Assembly: GCA_963810935.1 (NCBI GenBank)
Contig: CAWEPK010000003.1
Span: forward strand, 64,001-128,000
From: an uncultured delta proteobacterium
Lineage (GTDB): Bacteria > Desulfobacterota > Syntrophorhabdia > Syntrophorhabdales > WCHB1-27
Length of the DNA stretch: 64,000 bases
Direction: 5' to 3'
Shown in pieces: positions 22,032 to 31,351 of the stretch. How positions within the stretch are numbered: the stretch's first letter is position 1; every line of letters starts with the position of its first letter. Under the pieces are notes generated by a model. It searched no databases and was not told the DNA's origin. It saw only the letters and a list, made by a program, of their open reading frames with translations. The position numbers were made by a program, and so were the translations under genes.

Positions 22032-23798
22032 TCATGCCTGCCCGCCCGGCGTTACGGGTGCGCCCGGCCCTTCCGCGGGTTTTTCCTGGCAGGGAAGGTG
22101 CACGATAAACAGGGCGCCCTCCCCAGGCGTGTTCTTTACTTCGATGTCGCCTCCGTGATGGACGACGATCTTGTTTGCGATCGCCAGCCCGAGCCCTATA
22201 CCTTTCTCCTTTGTCGTAAAGAACGGGTTAAAGATGTTGTCGAGGAAGGCGGGCTCGATGCCGCCGCCCGTGTCCCTGACCGATATGGCGAGGAACTGCT
22301 TGTCGGCCAACATCACCCGCTCCGTGGTTACTGTGATGGTGCCTCGCCCGCGCATAGCCTCGAAGGAATTCATCAGCAGACTTATGAAGACCTGCTTGAT
22401 CTGCTGGACGTCGCAGAAGGCGAGGGGCAAATCGGGCTCGTACTGCTTCGCGATCTTTATTGCCGACCAGCTCTTGTCGGACGAGAGGAGGTAAATGATC
22501 TCGTCGAGCAGGCTGTTGACCTCGCACTTCTCGAAAAGGAGCGACGTCTCTTTGACATAGTTCAAGATTTCGGTGAGTATCGCCTCCAACCGGGTGACCT
22601 CTTTGGTGATGATCTCGACATATCTGTTCTCGGCAGGGTCGAGGCGCGCCGTTTTTGCAAGCCGCTTCGTGAAGCCCCCGATTACGACGAGGGGGTTCTT
22701 TATCTCGTGGGCGATGTTCGCCGTCATCTCGCCCAGGCTGCGCAATTTTTCGTTCTCGATCATCCGCCTCTGCGCGTCGCCTAATTCGCGCAGCGCATCC
22801 CGCAGCTTGATGTTTAGAAGCGCGTTATCCAGGCCGCTGGAAATGTAATTGGCAATCATTCCAAGGAGATACTGGTCCTGCTGCTCGTTTGCGACGTCCC
22901 TTTGCTCGACCTTCCTGCCTAACGTGATGGTGCCCAGTATGCGGTCCTTGGCCGCGATCGGGGCGGCCAGGATCGTGAACGCCGCAGCCGCCTGCGCGCC
23001 CCCTTCGTCCGCCTGCACCTCGGAGAAAGAGACGGGCCGGTTGAGGCGCGAGGCCTCGCCTTCGAGGTGGAGGACGCGGCCTTCGATGCTCCCGGCAATG
23101 CCGCCCGATGTAAAGCGCTGGCCGTTCAGTTTCATGAAGGCGAGGTCGAGCTTGATCGTGGCGAAAGAGGCGTTAAGGGCCTTCGACGTAATGAGCGCGA
23201 TATTCTCGAGAATCGCCGAAGGCTCCATGGTGGACGTCAGGATGCGGCCCAGCTCGGAGAGGGTAGCCAGCTCGGTGATGCGTTTTTTCGATGAGAGGAG
23301 GAGGTCGTAGGTGCGGAATATGCCGCCCAGCTCACGGGCGAGGATGGCCAGGACGACTTTCTCGCCGGGGCTGATCGCCTCCCTCGCGGAAGAGGCCGCA
23401 AGGAGAACGCCATACAGGAAGCTGTCGTCGGACAGCGGGATGAAGGCAAATGCCTTGTACCTGGGCAGGATGTCGTCCAGATGGGCATAGAAAAGGCAGC
23501 CAAACCGGGGCGGCACGTCCTTCAGGGTGAAGAAGAGGGGCGAGCGCTTTTGCGCCACCGTGCCGACAACTCCTTCTCCAACGTGGCAGCGGTAGTCGCC
23601 CAAAAGGCCGAAGAGCGCGCTCGTGCGGTTGGTGTACCTGCACGAGAGCCGCTTGTCCTTATCGAGGGTGTAGATAACCGCCTCGTCGAAGTGGAGGTCG
23701 GTCGAGACGAGGTTGAGGATGGCGTTGATGCGCGCCTCTATCTCCAGGTTTGAATGGGAGATCTCGATGACCCTGCCGAGAATGCTAGCGAAATTCAT
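22032..23798 (-). CDS. Cytoplasmic GAF-domain sensor histidine kinase
   Basis: GEGVVGTVA (GAF), AHEIKNPL, DTGGGI, PFFTTKEKGIGLGL; no transmembrane segments. Confidence 0.9.
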   Translation of the reverse strand: MNFASILGRVIEISHSNLEIEARINAILNLVSTDLHFDEAVIYTLDKDKRLSCRYTNRTSALFGLLGDYRCHVGEGVVGTVAQKRSPLFFTLKDVPPRFGCLFYAHLDDILPRYKAFAFIPLSDDSFLYGVLLAASSAREAISPGEKVVLAILARELGGIFRTYDLLLSSKKRITELATLSELGRILTSTMEPSAILENIALITSKALNASFATIKLDLAFMKLNGQRFTSGGIAGSIEGRVLHLEGEASRLNRPVSFSEVQADEGGAQAAAAFTILAAPIAAKDRILGTITLGRKVEQRDVANEQQDQYLLGMIANYISSGLDNALLNIKLRDALRELGDAQRRMIENEKLRSLGEMTANIAHEIKNPLVVIGGFTKRLAKTARLDPAENRYVEIITKEVTRLEAILTEILNYVKETSLLFEKCEVNSLLDEIIYLLSSDKSWSAIKIAKQYEPDLPLAFCDVQQIKQVFISLLMNSFEAMRGRGTITVTTERVMLADKQFLAISVRDTGGGIEPAFLDNIFNPFFTTKEKGIGLGLAIANKIVVHHGGDIEVKNTPGEGALFIVHLPCQEKPAEGPGAPVTPGGQA

Positions 23799-25242
23799 GG
23801 TGCTTTATGGCTTTTTCGTAAAGCGACCGGTATTCGCCGGCCGATTTGTCCCACGAAAAATCCTGTGCCATGCCACGTTTCATCAGCCCGGTCCATCTGG
23901 CGTCGTCGGCGCGTACGGTAAGGGCGCGCTCCACGGCGACCATCATGGCGCCGACCGTGTATTCCCGGAACTTAAAGCCGGTATTCGAATCGGGTTCCGC
24001 GGGGTCGTCTCTGATCGTGTCTTCAAGCCCACCGACTGCGCGAACGATGGGGACGGTGCCGTACCGGAGGCTGTAAAGCTGGTTGAGTCCGCACGGCTCA
24101 TATTGCGACGGCATGAGGAACATATCCGCGCCGGCCTCGATGAGGTGGGCCAGGGCGTTATCGTATGCGATCTTCAACGCGAACGACCGCGGGTATTTCC
24201 GGGCAAGCTCGGTGAACAACTCGTGGTACTTGCGCTCCCCGGTACCGAGCAGGATGTACTGAACGCCGCTGGAAACGAGCTTTTCGAACCCTTGCGCTAT
24301 AAGGTCGAACCCCTTCTGGTCCGCAAGGCGGGAGATGCCGGCTATGAGGGTCGCGTTCTCATCGACCGGCAGGCCGAACGCCTTTTGCAAGGCCGCTTTG
24401 CAGGCCGCTTTTCCCTTGAGGTCGTCTGCGCTGTAGCGCTCCGGAATGAATCGGTCCGTCTCCGGGTTCCAATCATCGTAGTCGATCCCGTTGACTATGC
24501 CGTACAGGTCTTCCTTCCGCGTCCGGAGGATGCCGTCGAGGCCCGCGCCGAACTCGCGCGTCTGGATCTCCTGGCTGTATTTCCTGCTGACCGTATTGAT
24601 GACATCGGCAAAGACGATGCCGCCCTTCAGGAAATTGATTTTCCCGTAGAATTCCAAGAAGTTAGGCGTGAAATATTCCCAGCCTATGTTGAGGAGGTGC
24701 CAATCGAGGTGCCAGAAAAGCCCCGGATAACCGAGGTTGTGGACGGTCAGGAGGGTGGAGATGCGCGAAAGCAGGGGGTCAGGCCTGAAAATAGTGCTCA
24801 GGTAGACGGGCACGAGTGCTGTTTGCCAATCGTTGCAATGGATGACGTCGGGCACGAAGCCCGTCTGGCGGGCCGTCTCGATGATTGCCCGCGAAAAGAA
24901 GACGAAGCGCTCGGCGTTGTCTATAAAATCCCCATCCTGCGTGCTGTAAAGGTTGTCCCGGTAAAAATATTCGTCCCTTTCAACGAGGTAGACCGTCACT
25001 CCATTTAAGCGGCTCTCGACGATCTCAGCATCGACGACCGTCTGCGAGACAGGGACCGCGACGTGGATACCCGTATAATCTATAGGCAGGCCCTTCTCCT
25101 CGACACCCTTATATTTGGGCAGAATGAGCCGCACATCGACGCCGGCCTTTGCAAGTGCCTTGGGAAGCGCCCCCGCCACGTCCGCCAGCCCGCCTGTTTT
25201 CGCGAAGGGAACCGCCTCCGAAGACGCCAGAAGGACCTTCAT
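23785..25242 (-). CDS. glgA: Glycogen synthase
   Basis: KTGGLADV, HCNDWQT, SRLADQKG, EPCGLNQL. Confidence 0.96.
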   Translation of the reverse strand: MKVLLASSEAVPFAKTGGLADVAGALPKALAKAGVDVRLILPKYKGVEEKGLPIDYTGIHVAVPVSQTVVDAEIVESRLNGVTVYLVERDEYFYRDNLYSTQDGDFIDNAERFVFFSRAIIETARQTGFVPDVIHCNDWQTALVPVYLSTIFRPDPLLSRISTLLTVHNLGYPGLFWHLDWHLLNIGWEYFTPNFLEFYGKINFLKGGIVFADVINTVSRKYSQEIQTREFGAGLDGILRTRKEDLYGIVNGIDYDDWNPETDRFIPERYSADDLKGKAACKAALQKAFGLPVDENATLIAGISRLADQKGFDLIAQGFEKLVSSGVQYILLGTGERKYHELFTELARKYPRSFALKIAYDNALAHLIEAGADMFLMPSQYEPCGLNQLYSLRYGTVPIVRAVGGLEDTIRDDPAEPDSNTGFKFREYTVGAMMVAVERALTVRADDARWTGLMKRGMAQDFSWDKSAGEYRSLYEKAIKHHEFR

Positions 25243-25254
25243 CCGTTCCTCCCT

Positions 25255-26265
25255 TTAGAACTCGGCCTCCTGAAGAAAAATGGTCGCCTCTTCAGGAGGG
25301 GTAGGGTTGATATAGAAACCGGTCCCCCATTCGAAACCGGCCATTTTAGTGAGCCTGGGTATGACCTCCATGTGCCAGTGGTAGAAAGGCGCGTCGGTCA
25401 TCTCGACAGGGGTGGTGTGGATCATGTAATTGTACGGCGGGCAGTTGAGCACCTTTTCGAGCTTCTTCAGGACTACCGAGAGGGCGTCGGCTGCCGCGAA
25501 GTAGTTGTCGTGGGCCCTTGAAAAGAGGAAAGATTCCTCGTGGACCTTGGGAAGGATCCATGTCTCGAACGGGAAGCGGGAGGCGAAGGGGGAAAGGGCG
25601 ATGAAACTCTCATTTTCGTAAATGATCCTGCGCCTTTCCTCCATTTCCTGCGCAATTATATCGCAGAAAACGCACCTGTCCCGGTACTTGTAATAATTGA
25701 GAGAGCCGGAGATCTCCTCCGAAAGCCGCTTGGGGATGATGGGCAGGGCGATGAGCTGCGAGTGCGAATGGGCCAGCGAGGCGCCCGCCATGGAGCCCTG
25801 GTTCTTGAAGATCATGATGAACTTGAAGCGTTTGTCCCGGAGCAGGTCGAGGGTCCGTTCCCTGTATGCGATGAAGACATTCTGCACGGAAGGCACGTCC
25901 ATCCCGGTAAGGGTCTGGCTGTGTATGGGCGTCTCGACGATAACCTCGTGCGCCCCGACCCCGTTCATCTTGTCGTAAAGACCAAGCCCCTGCTTGTTCA
26001 GCTCGCCCTCGATGCGCAGCGCCGGGAACTTGTTGGGCACGACTCTTAGTATCCAGTTTGCGCTGTTCGGCGGGGACGAGACGAAGGCCGGGCGGATGGC
26101 GAAGACCTCCGGGGGCGTCATGGCCTCGTTGCCCGGGCAGAGCGGGCAAATGGCGCCCGGCTTGGGCGCTTCCTCCGCCTCGGCGAGGAAGACGGGCCTC
26201 TTTCCGCGCTCGGACGATATGATCACCCATCGGTCGATGATCGGGTCTTTTCTCAACTCCGGCAT
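25255..26265 (-). CDS. galT: GalT-family nucleotidyltransferase
   Basis: CPLCPGNE, VPNKFPAL, GASLAHSHSQ, YHWHME, GFEWGTG. Confidence 0.88.
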   Translation of the reverse strand: MPELRKDPIIDRWVIISSERGKRPVFLAEAEEAPKPGAICPLCPGNEAMTPPEVFAIRPAFVSSPPNSANWILRVVPNKFPALRIEGELNKQGLGLYDKMNGVGAHEVIVETPIHSQTLTGMDVPSVQNVFIAYRERTLDLLRDKRFKFIMIFKNQGSMAGASLAHSHSQLIALPIIPKRLSEEISGSLNYYKYRDRCVFCDIIAQEMEERRRIIYENESFIALSPFASRFPFETWILPKVHEESFLFSRAHDNYFAAADALSVVLKKLEKVLNCPPYNYMIHTTPVEMTDAPFYHWHMEVIPRLTKMAGFEWGTGFYINPTPPEEATIFLQEAEF

Positions 26266-26326
26266 CTACTGCTCCAGTGCGGTGATCTCTTTGACACGGG
26301 CTAAGCTGCGTGGTAATACATAGACG

Positions 26327-27001
26327 ATGATACCGTTGAAGGACAACGTCCCAACGCGCACATTTCCCATTATAACAATTGCCATAGTCCTTGTAAACAT
26401 CTTCATTTTCGCATGGTCCTTCACCCTTTCGCCTGACATGGAACAGGGCCTTGTACACAAGTTCGCCTTGATCCCGAATGACCTGATGATTGCCCTTTCG
26501 TCCAACATTGAACTCCTACCTTATAATGTAATGACTATATTTACCTCGATGTTTCTCCACGGCGGTTTTCTCCACATAGGCGGGAACATGCTTTATCTAT
26601 GGATATTCGGGAACAATGTGGAAGACGCAGCGGGTCATATGCGGTTCATTCTCTTTTATCTTTTGTCCGGGGTCGCCGCGGGCCTCGTGCAGTGCTCCTT
26701 CGACCCGTCCTCCCCGGTGCCGATGATCGGCGCCAGCGGGGCGGTCTCCGGCGTCCTGGGCGCCTATCTGATACTCTACCCGAGAGCCAAGGTTAAGACC
26801 CTCGTCTTTGTCTTTCTGTTCATCACTACCATAGATGTGCCGGCCATGCTGCTTCTGACGGTCTGGTTCTTTGTCCAGATTGCGTTCTCCCACGGGGCCG
26901 GGGGCGTGGCGTGGTTCGCCCATATAGGCGGTTTTATCTTCGGGATGCTCGCCATAAAGATATTCGCCAGGGGCAGGCCGAAGCCGCGCGTCGCCTGGTG
27001 A
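26327..27001 (+). CDS. Rhomboid family intramembrane serine protease
   Basis: SMFLHGGFLHIGGNM, IGASGA, AWFAHIGG. Confidence 0.94.
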   Translation: MIPLKDNVPTRTFPIITIAIVLVNIFIFAWSFTLSPDMEQGLVHKFALIPNDLMIALSSNIELLPYNVMTIFTSMFLHGGFLHIGGNMLYLWIFGNNVEDAAGHMRFILFYLLSGVAAGLVQCSFDPSSPVPMIGASGAVSGVLGAYLILYPRAKVKTLVFVFLFITTIDVPAMLLLTVWFFVQIAFSHGAGGVAWFAHIGGFIFGMLAIKIFARGRPKPRVAW

Positions 27002-27004
27002 TAA

Positions 27005-27020
27005 TGTTTCACGTGAAACA
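27005..27020. promoter_or_regulatory. parS site (ParB-binding centromere)
   Basis: Perfect TGTTTCACGTGAAACA; the palindrome extends across 27001-27024. Confidence 0.9.
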
Positions 27021-27040
27021 TTATCGCGGGTCGGAAAGAT

Positions 27041-28462
27041 CTAATGCAGTAAAATAGCTCCCTGCCTGCGCAGTTCGGCGCGGACATCGTCCGGGTCGAT
27101 GTCACGAACACGGACCGCCTTTCGCGCTGCGACGGCTGCGCAGACGCCCGCCGCCTGGCCGGTAGCGACGGAGATGGGCATGACGCGATAAGAGGAAAGT
27201 GCCTCGTGCGTGCCGGAAATGCAGCGGCCGGCCAAAAGGAGGCCCTCCGTCGACTCCGGTATAAGGCACCGCAGCGGGATGTCGTACGCCTCGCCTGCCG
27301 GTACGCGCCGGAGCGTAGTGCCGCGGCCGGCCGGGTTATGTATGTCAATGGGGTAGGTGCCGTGCGCGATTGCGTCATCGAACTTTCGCGCGGACAGGAT
27401 GTCTTCAGCGGTAAGGACGTAACGACCCGTTATCCTTCGCGTTTCCCTCACTCCCACCGTCGCGCCGCTCTGCGCCAGGTAGGCGTTTTCGAAACCCGGC
27501 ACGTATTTCTTGAGGAAAGCCGCTATCTGGCGCACCTGGCGGCGTCCCTGCCATTCGGCATGGGTCAGGTCGAAAATCTCCATGCCCGACACGTTTGTGA
27601 CGCGGGTGCTGTTGACCGACACGTCCTGCCTGTGTGTCGTAGAGAAGAGCAAGATATCTTCGCGGGGCAGGTCGAGCTCCCCGGCCTGCGTTGCCCGATC
27701 TATAAGCTCCCACAGCCCATGGACGCCCTGCCACTGGCCGGGGTGCGTGCGGCAGTAACCCTGCAGGGCGGATGCCTCGAACTGCGCCATAAGGAACATA
27801 AGGCTCATCGGCTGGACCAGCCCGTCCTCTTTCCGGCCGGATTCGAAGGCGCACCCGGCCAAAGCGGCCACGTCCCCATCCCCGGTGCAGTCTACTATGA
27901 CCTTGGCCCGAAGAACGACGGGCCCCGACTTGGTCTCGAAGACAACGCCCCGGCTCCCTTCGTCCCCGGCCACCCCGCCCGCGAAGGTGTGGAGCAGAAA
28001 TTGTACGCCCGCCTCATCGAGGAGGTCGAAGGCTACGGTCTTGAAGACCTCTGCGTCGAAAGGGACGACGAAGCCCGTAGAAGGCGACGCCGCTATTGCC
28101 CCACCGGCCCTGACGAGCCGTTCCACCAGCGTGCCGAGTGCGCCCCCTATGACGGGTTTGCCTGCGCTGTGGTCCTGTGGGAGCAGCATGCAGACGTCCT
28201 GACCCTTCCGGCCGTCCTTCGCCGGAAGCTCCGTATAATAGGTTGCGATGGGCATGACAAGGGCAGCGGTAGCGTTTCCGCCAAGGAAACCGTACTGCTC
28301 GGCCAGGACAACGCCGGCGCCTGCTCCCGCTGCACCGAGGGCTGCGCCGAGGCCGGCCGGCCCGCCCCCCGCGATGAGGACGTCCGCCTCTCCCAGGTCG
28401 AGGGCGTCTCTCGGGGGGAGTCTAATCTGTGTGGCGTGAGGGGGCCGCTTGAGGGGCGGCAT
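27041..28462 (-). CDS. FAD-dependent oxidoreductase (FAD_oxidored family)
   Basis: GGGPAG, DCTGDGD, GVRETRRI, YDIPLRCL, AGRCIS. Confidence 0.88.
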   Translation of the reverse strand: MPPLKRPPHATQIRLPPRDALDLGEADVLIAGGGPAGLGAALGAAGAGAGVVLAEQYGFLGGNATAALVMPIATYYTELPAKDGRKGQDVCMLLPQDHSAGKPVIGGALGTLVERLVRAGGAIAASPSTGFVVPFDAEVFKTVAFDLLDEAGVQFLLHTFAGGVAGDEGSRGVVFETKSGPVVLRAKVIVDCTGDGDVAALAGCAFESGRKEDGLVQPMSLMFLMAQFEASALQGYCRTHPGQWQGVHGLWELIDRATQAGELDLPREDILLFSTTHRQDVSVNSTRVTNVSGMEIFDLTHAEWQGRRQVRQIAAFLKKYVPGFENAYLAQSGATVGVRETRRITGRYVLTAEDILSARKFDDAIAHGTYPIDIHNPAGRGTTLRRVPAGEAYDIPLRCLIPESTEGLLLAGRCISGTHEALSSYRVMPISVATGQAAGVCAAVAARKAVRVRDIDPDDVRAELRRQGAILLH

Positions 28463-29627
28463 TTCTCCTCCGGTGTGCTGCCCCTGCCGCGACGTGCTGC
28501 TTCCCGGCCCCGACCTGCGTAAGAAGCTGTACGGCGAGCATGTTTGTTTCCTGGGCGCGCTTTTTTAAGGCAGGCAGGGCCGCGTTGATCTGGGCCTGAA
28601 GGGCGGCGTGGCCATCCCAGGCCCTGTCGATGTAAGCGATAAGGCGACCCGAGTTTACGAGCTTCATGGGCGGCATGTCGATGTTTAGGTCCTGAAGGAA
28701 CCCGAAGACCTTGGACGCATAAGGAAGGGCCACGAAGGGCACCCCCCGGAGCGCAGCAAAGATAAGGAAATGGAGGCGCATGCCGACCGCAAATCTGAAA
28801 TCCTTCATGATTGTCAGCATTTGGCCGGCCGTGTAGTTGGCGGAGAGCACGCCTGCCTTTTGCGGCCGGAGCATCTGGGAGATGACGGCGTGGGCGTGCT
28901 GCATGTCGAGCACCTTCCGCTCCATCGGAACAAAGACTACCTGCACGTTATAGCGATCGACTATATAATCTGCGGCGTTTGCGAGCAGGGCATGGTAGGA
29001 ATCCTGGTTAATGTCCGGTGCGGCCAGCCCCGGCTCCCGGACCGACATGCCAACCAGTTGCCCCCTCTCCTCAATGCCTTCGCACTGGAAGGTTTTTGTA
29101 GGGAGCGGCTCGGGGGTCAGGAGCAGGGCCGGGTCTGCCGTCACGACGATCTCTCTAGCGACGCCCGCGTCTTCCAGCACCTTTTTGGCGCTCCGCTCCC
29201 GAACTGTCACGATAGCCGCCTTTTCCAGGGCCTCGCGGACAAGCCGCTGATTGCGGGGGTCGCGCAAAGGGCCCGCGCCAACCGCGTAGAGCATGACCGG
29301 CACGCCCCTTTCGTGCGCCATGTTGACCTCGCGCAGGTATTCCTGCACCTCCCCGTCGAAAAGGATCCCGCCGCCTCCCAGGATGAAAAGGTCGAGACCC
29401 TCGATCTCCGGCAGCACTTCATCGCGCGACATGGTCCGCACGGGCACTGCCTTCTCCACCCTGTGGCGCCCCAGTGTATCGGCCGGGTCTTTGCTGAAAA
29501 CGGTAATATCGACATGGAGGGATGACCGGAGCCCGGCGATGATCGACTGCAAAATGGCCTCGTCGCCCAGGTTGAGGCCCCCGTAAGACCCGGATATCCC
29601 TACCCGATATGTTTTCCGGCCTTTCAT
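28422..29627 (-). CDS. Polysaccharide pyruvyl transferase family protein (CsaB-like)
   Basis: YGGLNLGDEAIL, GGGGIL, VRE, TADPA, GMRLH. Confidence 0.88.
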   Translation of the reverse strand: MKGRKTYRVGISGSYGGLNLGDEAILQSIIAGLRSSLHVDITVFSKDPADTLGRHRVEKAVPVRTMSRDEVLPEIEGLDLFILGGGGILFDGEVQEYLREVNMAHERGVPVMLYAVGAGPLRDPRNQRLVREALEKAAIVTVRERSAKKVLEDAGVAREIVVTADPALLLTPEPLPTKTFQCEGIEERGQLVGMSVREPGLAAPDINQDSYHALLANAADYIVDRYNVQVVFVPMERKVLDMQHAHAVISQMLRPQKAGVLSANYTAGQMLTIMKDFRFAVGMRLHFLIFAALRGVPFVALPYASKVFGFLQDLNIDMPPMKLVNSGRLIAYIDRAWDGHAALQAQINAALPALKKRAQETNMLAVQLLTQVGAGKQHVAAGAAHRRRNAAPQAAPSRHTD

Positions 29628-29695
29628 GGCCTCCTTCCTTTCCGGGTCCGCCCGGGTTTCCCCCGGATCCCTTCCCCTAATAATGGAGGAAGGAA

Positions 29696-29711
29696 TGTTT
29701 CACGTGAAACA
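29696..29711. promoter_or_regulatory. parS site
   Basis: Perfect TGTTTCACGTGAAACA. Confidence 0.9.
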
Positions 29712-29744
29712 TTTTCGCGACCTTCGCCTTTGCTGCCGGCCGGA

Positions 29745-30320
29745 TCAGGCCGCCCGCCTCTTTCCGGCCTTCTTCCAATGCGCCGAGAAAAGAGAAATCA
29801 TTTCGCGGTTAAAGGCGGGGATGTCTTTGGGGCTGCGGCTGCTCACCCAGTTGCGGTCCCGCACGACCTCCTTGTCTTCCCATTCAGCCCCGCCGTTTAT
29901 CAAATCGTCGCGGATCGTGTGGTAGCTCGTAAGTCTTCTGCCCTTGAGGAGGCAGGCCGATACGAGCAGCCAGGGGCCGTGGCAGATGACTGCTATCGGC
30001 TTGCCTGCCGAGTCGATCTCCTTGACTATCTGTTGCGCTTTCTTCTCGATGCGCAAGGCGTCTGCGTTGAGCGCCCCACCCGGCAGAAGGACCGCGTCGA
30101 AGCGGGACGCGTCGGCCTTATCGAGTGACAGGTCAACAGGGAAGGTGTCGGCCATTTCGGTGTGGTTTACCCCCCGCACCTTTCCGCTGTGCGGTGCGAC
30201 GAGTAGAGTCTCGGCGCCTGCGGCCTTGAGCGCCTTTCTCGGCTCGGTCATCTCCGCCTGCTCGAAATGGTCCGTAACAAGAATAGCCACCCTCATGCCG
30301 TCGAGTACTTTATCTGTCAT
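29745..30320 (-). CDS. PfpI/DJ-1 family protein
   Basis: FEQAEM, LPGG, AVICHGPW, SRSPKD; ATG after GGAGG. Confidence 0.92.
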   Translation of the reverse strand: MTDKVLDGMRVAILVTDHFEQAEMTEPRKALKAAGAETLLVAPHSGKVRGVNHTEMADTFPVDLSLDKADASRFDAVLLPGGALNADALRIEKKAQQIVKEIDSAGKPIAVICHGPWLLVSACLLKGRRLTSYHTIRDDLINGGAEWEDKEVVRDRNWVSSRSPKDIPAFNREMISLFSAHWKKAGKRRAA

Positions 30321-30444
30321 ATTACCTCCTTTCCCGCCGCCCGCCAATCGGGGGCGGAATGCGCAGCGGGCCTACCGTATTCATGCATTACTTAAAATTA
30401 GGGCGCGAAACGGGTTTGTCAATCACAGCAAGGGCCATTCCATG

Positions 30445-30485
30445 CGGCTGAAGCCGGTGTAGGGGGTGCTGAACCCCAATGATAA
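30445..30485 (-). repeat. Diverged family-1 hairpin element (copy D)
   Basis: Minus strand ATTGGGGTTCAGCACCCCCT followed by the hairpin CGGC-TTCA-GCCG. Confidence 0.65.
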
Positions 30486-30529
30486 CCCTGCTTGACTTTC
30501 TCGGGGTGGTAGGAATAAGCTCTTTCGCT

Positions 30530-31351
30530 ATGAAAGACCTCTCCCTCGGCATGTTCGATTCGGGCATCGGCGGCCTGACCGTCCTCAAGGAAGTCAGAAA
30601 GCTCCTGCCCCACGAGCATATCGTCTACCTTGGCGACACTGCGCGCGTGCCTTACGGCAACAGGTCGGCCGCTGCCGTCACCCGCTATTCCCTGGAAAAT
30701 GCGCGGTTTCTGCTGTCGAAGGGCATAAAAATGCTGATCGTCGCCTGCAACACGTCGAGCGCCATAGCGCTGCCCGTGCTCAAAAAACGGCTGCCCGTCC
30801 CAGTGATCGGCGTCATCGAGCCGCCGTCCAGAGAGGCGGTCAGCCGCACCCGGACCAAAAGGATCGGGGTGATAGGCACGAGGGCGACGATAGGGAGCCG
30901 CGCCTACGAGCGGACGATCGGGCGCCTCGACCCCTCGGCGCAGGTTGTCTCCAGGGCATGCCCTCTTTTCGTGCCTATCGTGGAAGAAGGGCTCGAGGCA
31001 GACGAGATCGCAAAGCTTACGGTTGAAAAATACCTGGGCGATTTTTCCCGCCTGTCGATAGACGTCCTCGTTATGGGCTGTACCCATTATCCCATCCTCG
31101 AAAAAAAGATCCGCAGCCTCCTCGGAAAGGGCGTTTACATAGTCAATACGGGGAGGGAGACGGCGGCCGAGGTCCGCAGGGTGCTGGAAAAGAACGGCTC
31201 ACTGAGGTCGTCCGGAAAGGGCGGGTGCGATTATTTCGTGACCGATGCCCCCGACAAGCTTTCAGACCTGGGCAGCCGCGTGCTCGGCGAGCCCCTGAAA
31301 AAAGTGAGGCTCGCGAGGTTAGAGACGACGCAGCCCCCGCTTTCCCCATGA
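30530..31351 (+). CDS. murI: Glutamate racemase
   Basis: FDSGIGGLTV, VACNTSS, GCTHYP. Confidence 0.96.
   Translation: MKDLSLGMFDSGIGGLTVLKEVRKLLPHEHIVYLGDTARVPYGNRSAAAVTRYSLENARFLLSKGIKMLIVACNTSSAIALPVLKKRLPVPVIGVIEPPSREAVSRTRTKRIGVIGTRATIGSRAYERTIGRLDPSAQVVSRACPLFVPIVEEGLEADEIAKLTVEKYLGDFSRLSIDVLVMGCTHYPILEKKIRSLLGKGVYIVNTGRETAAEVRRVLEKNGSLRSSGKGGCDYFVTDAPDKLSDLGSRVLGEPLKKVRLARLETTQPPLSP

Noticed and set aside
23713..28522. Long antisense ORFs (e.g. 23713-25008, 27206-28522; also 14733-15908 and 45869-47056)
   Set aside because: They shadow well-identified genes on the opposite strand, as expected in GC-rich DNA, and show no motifs
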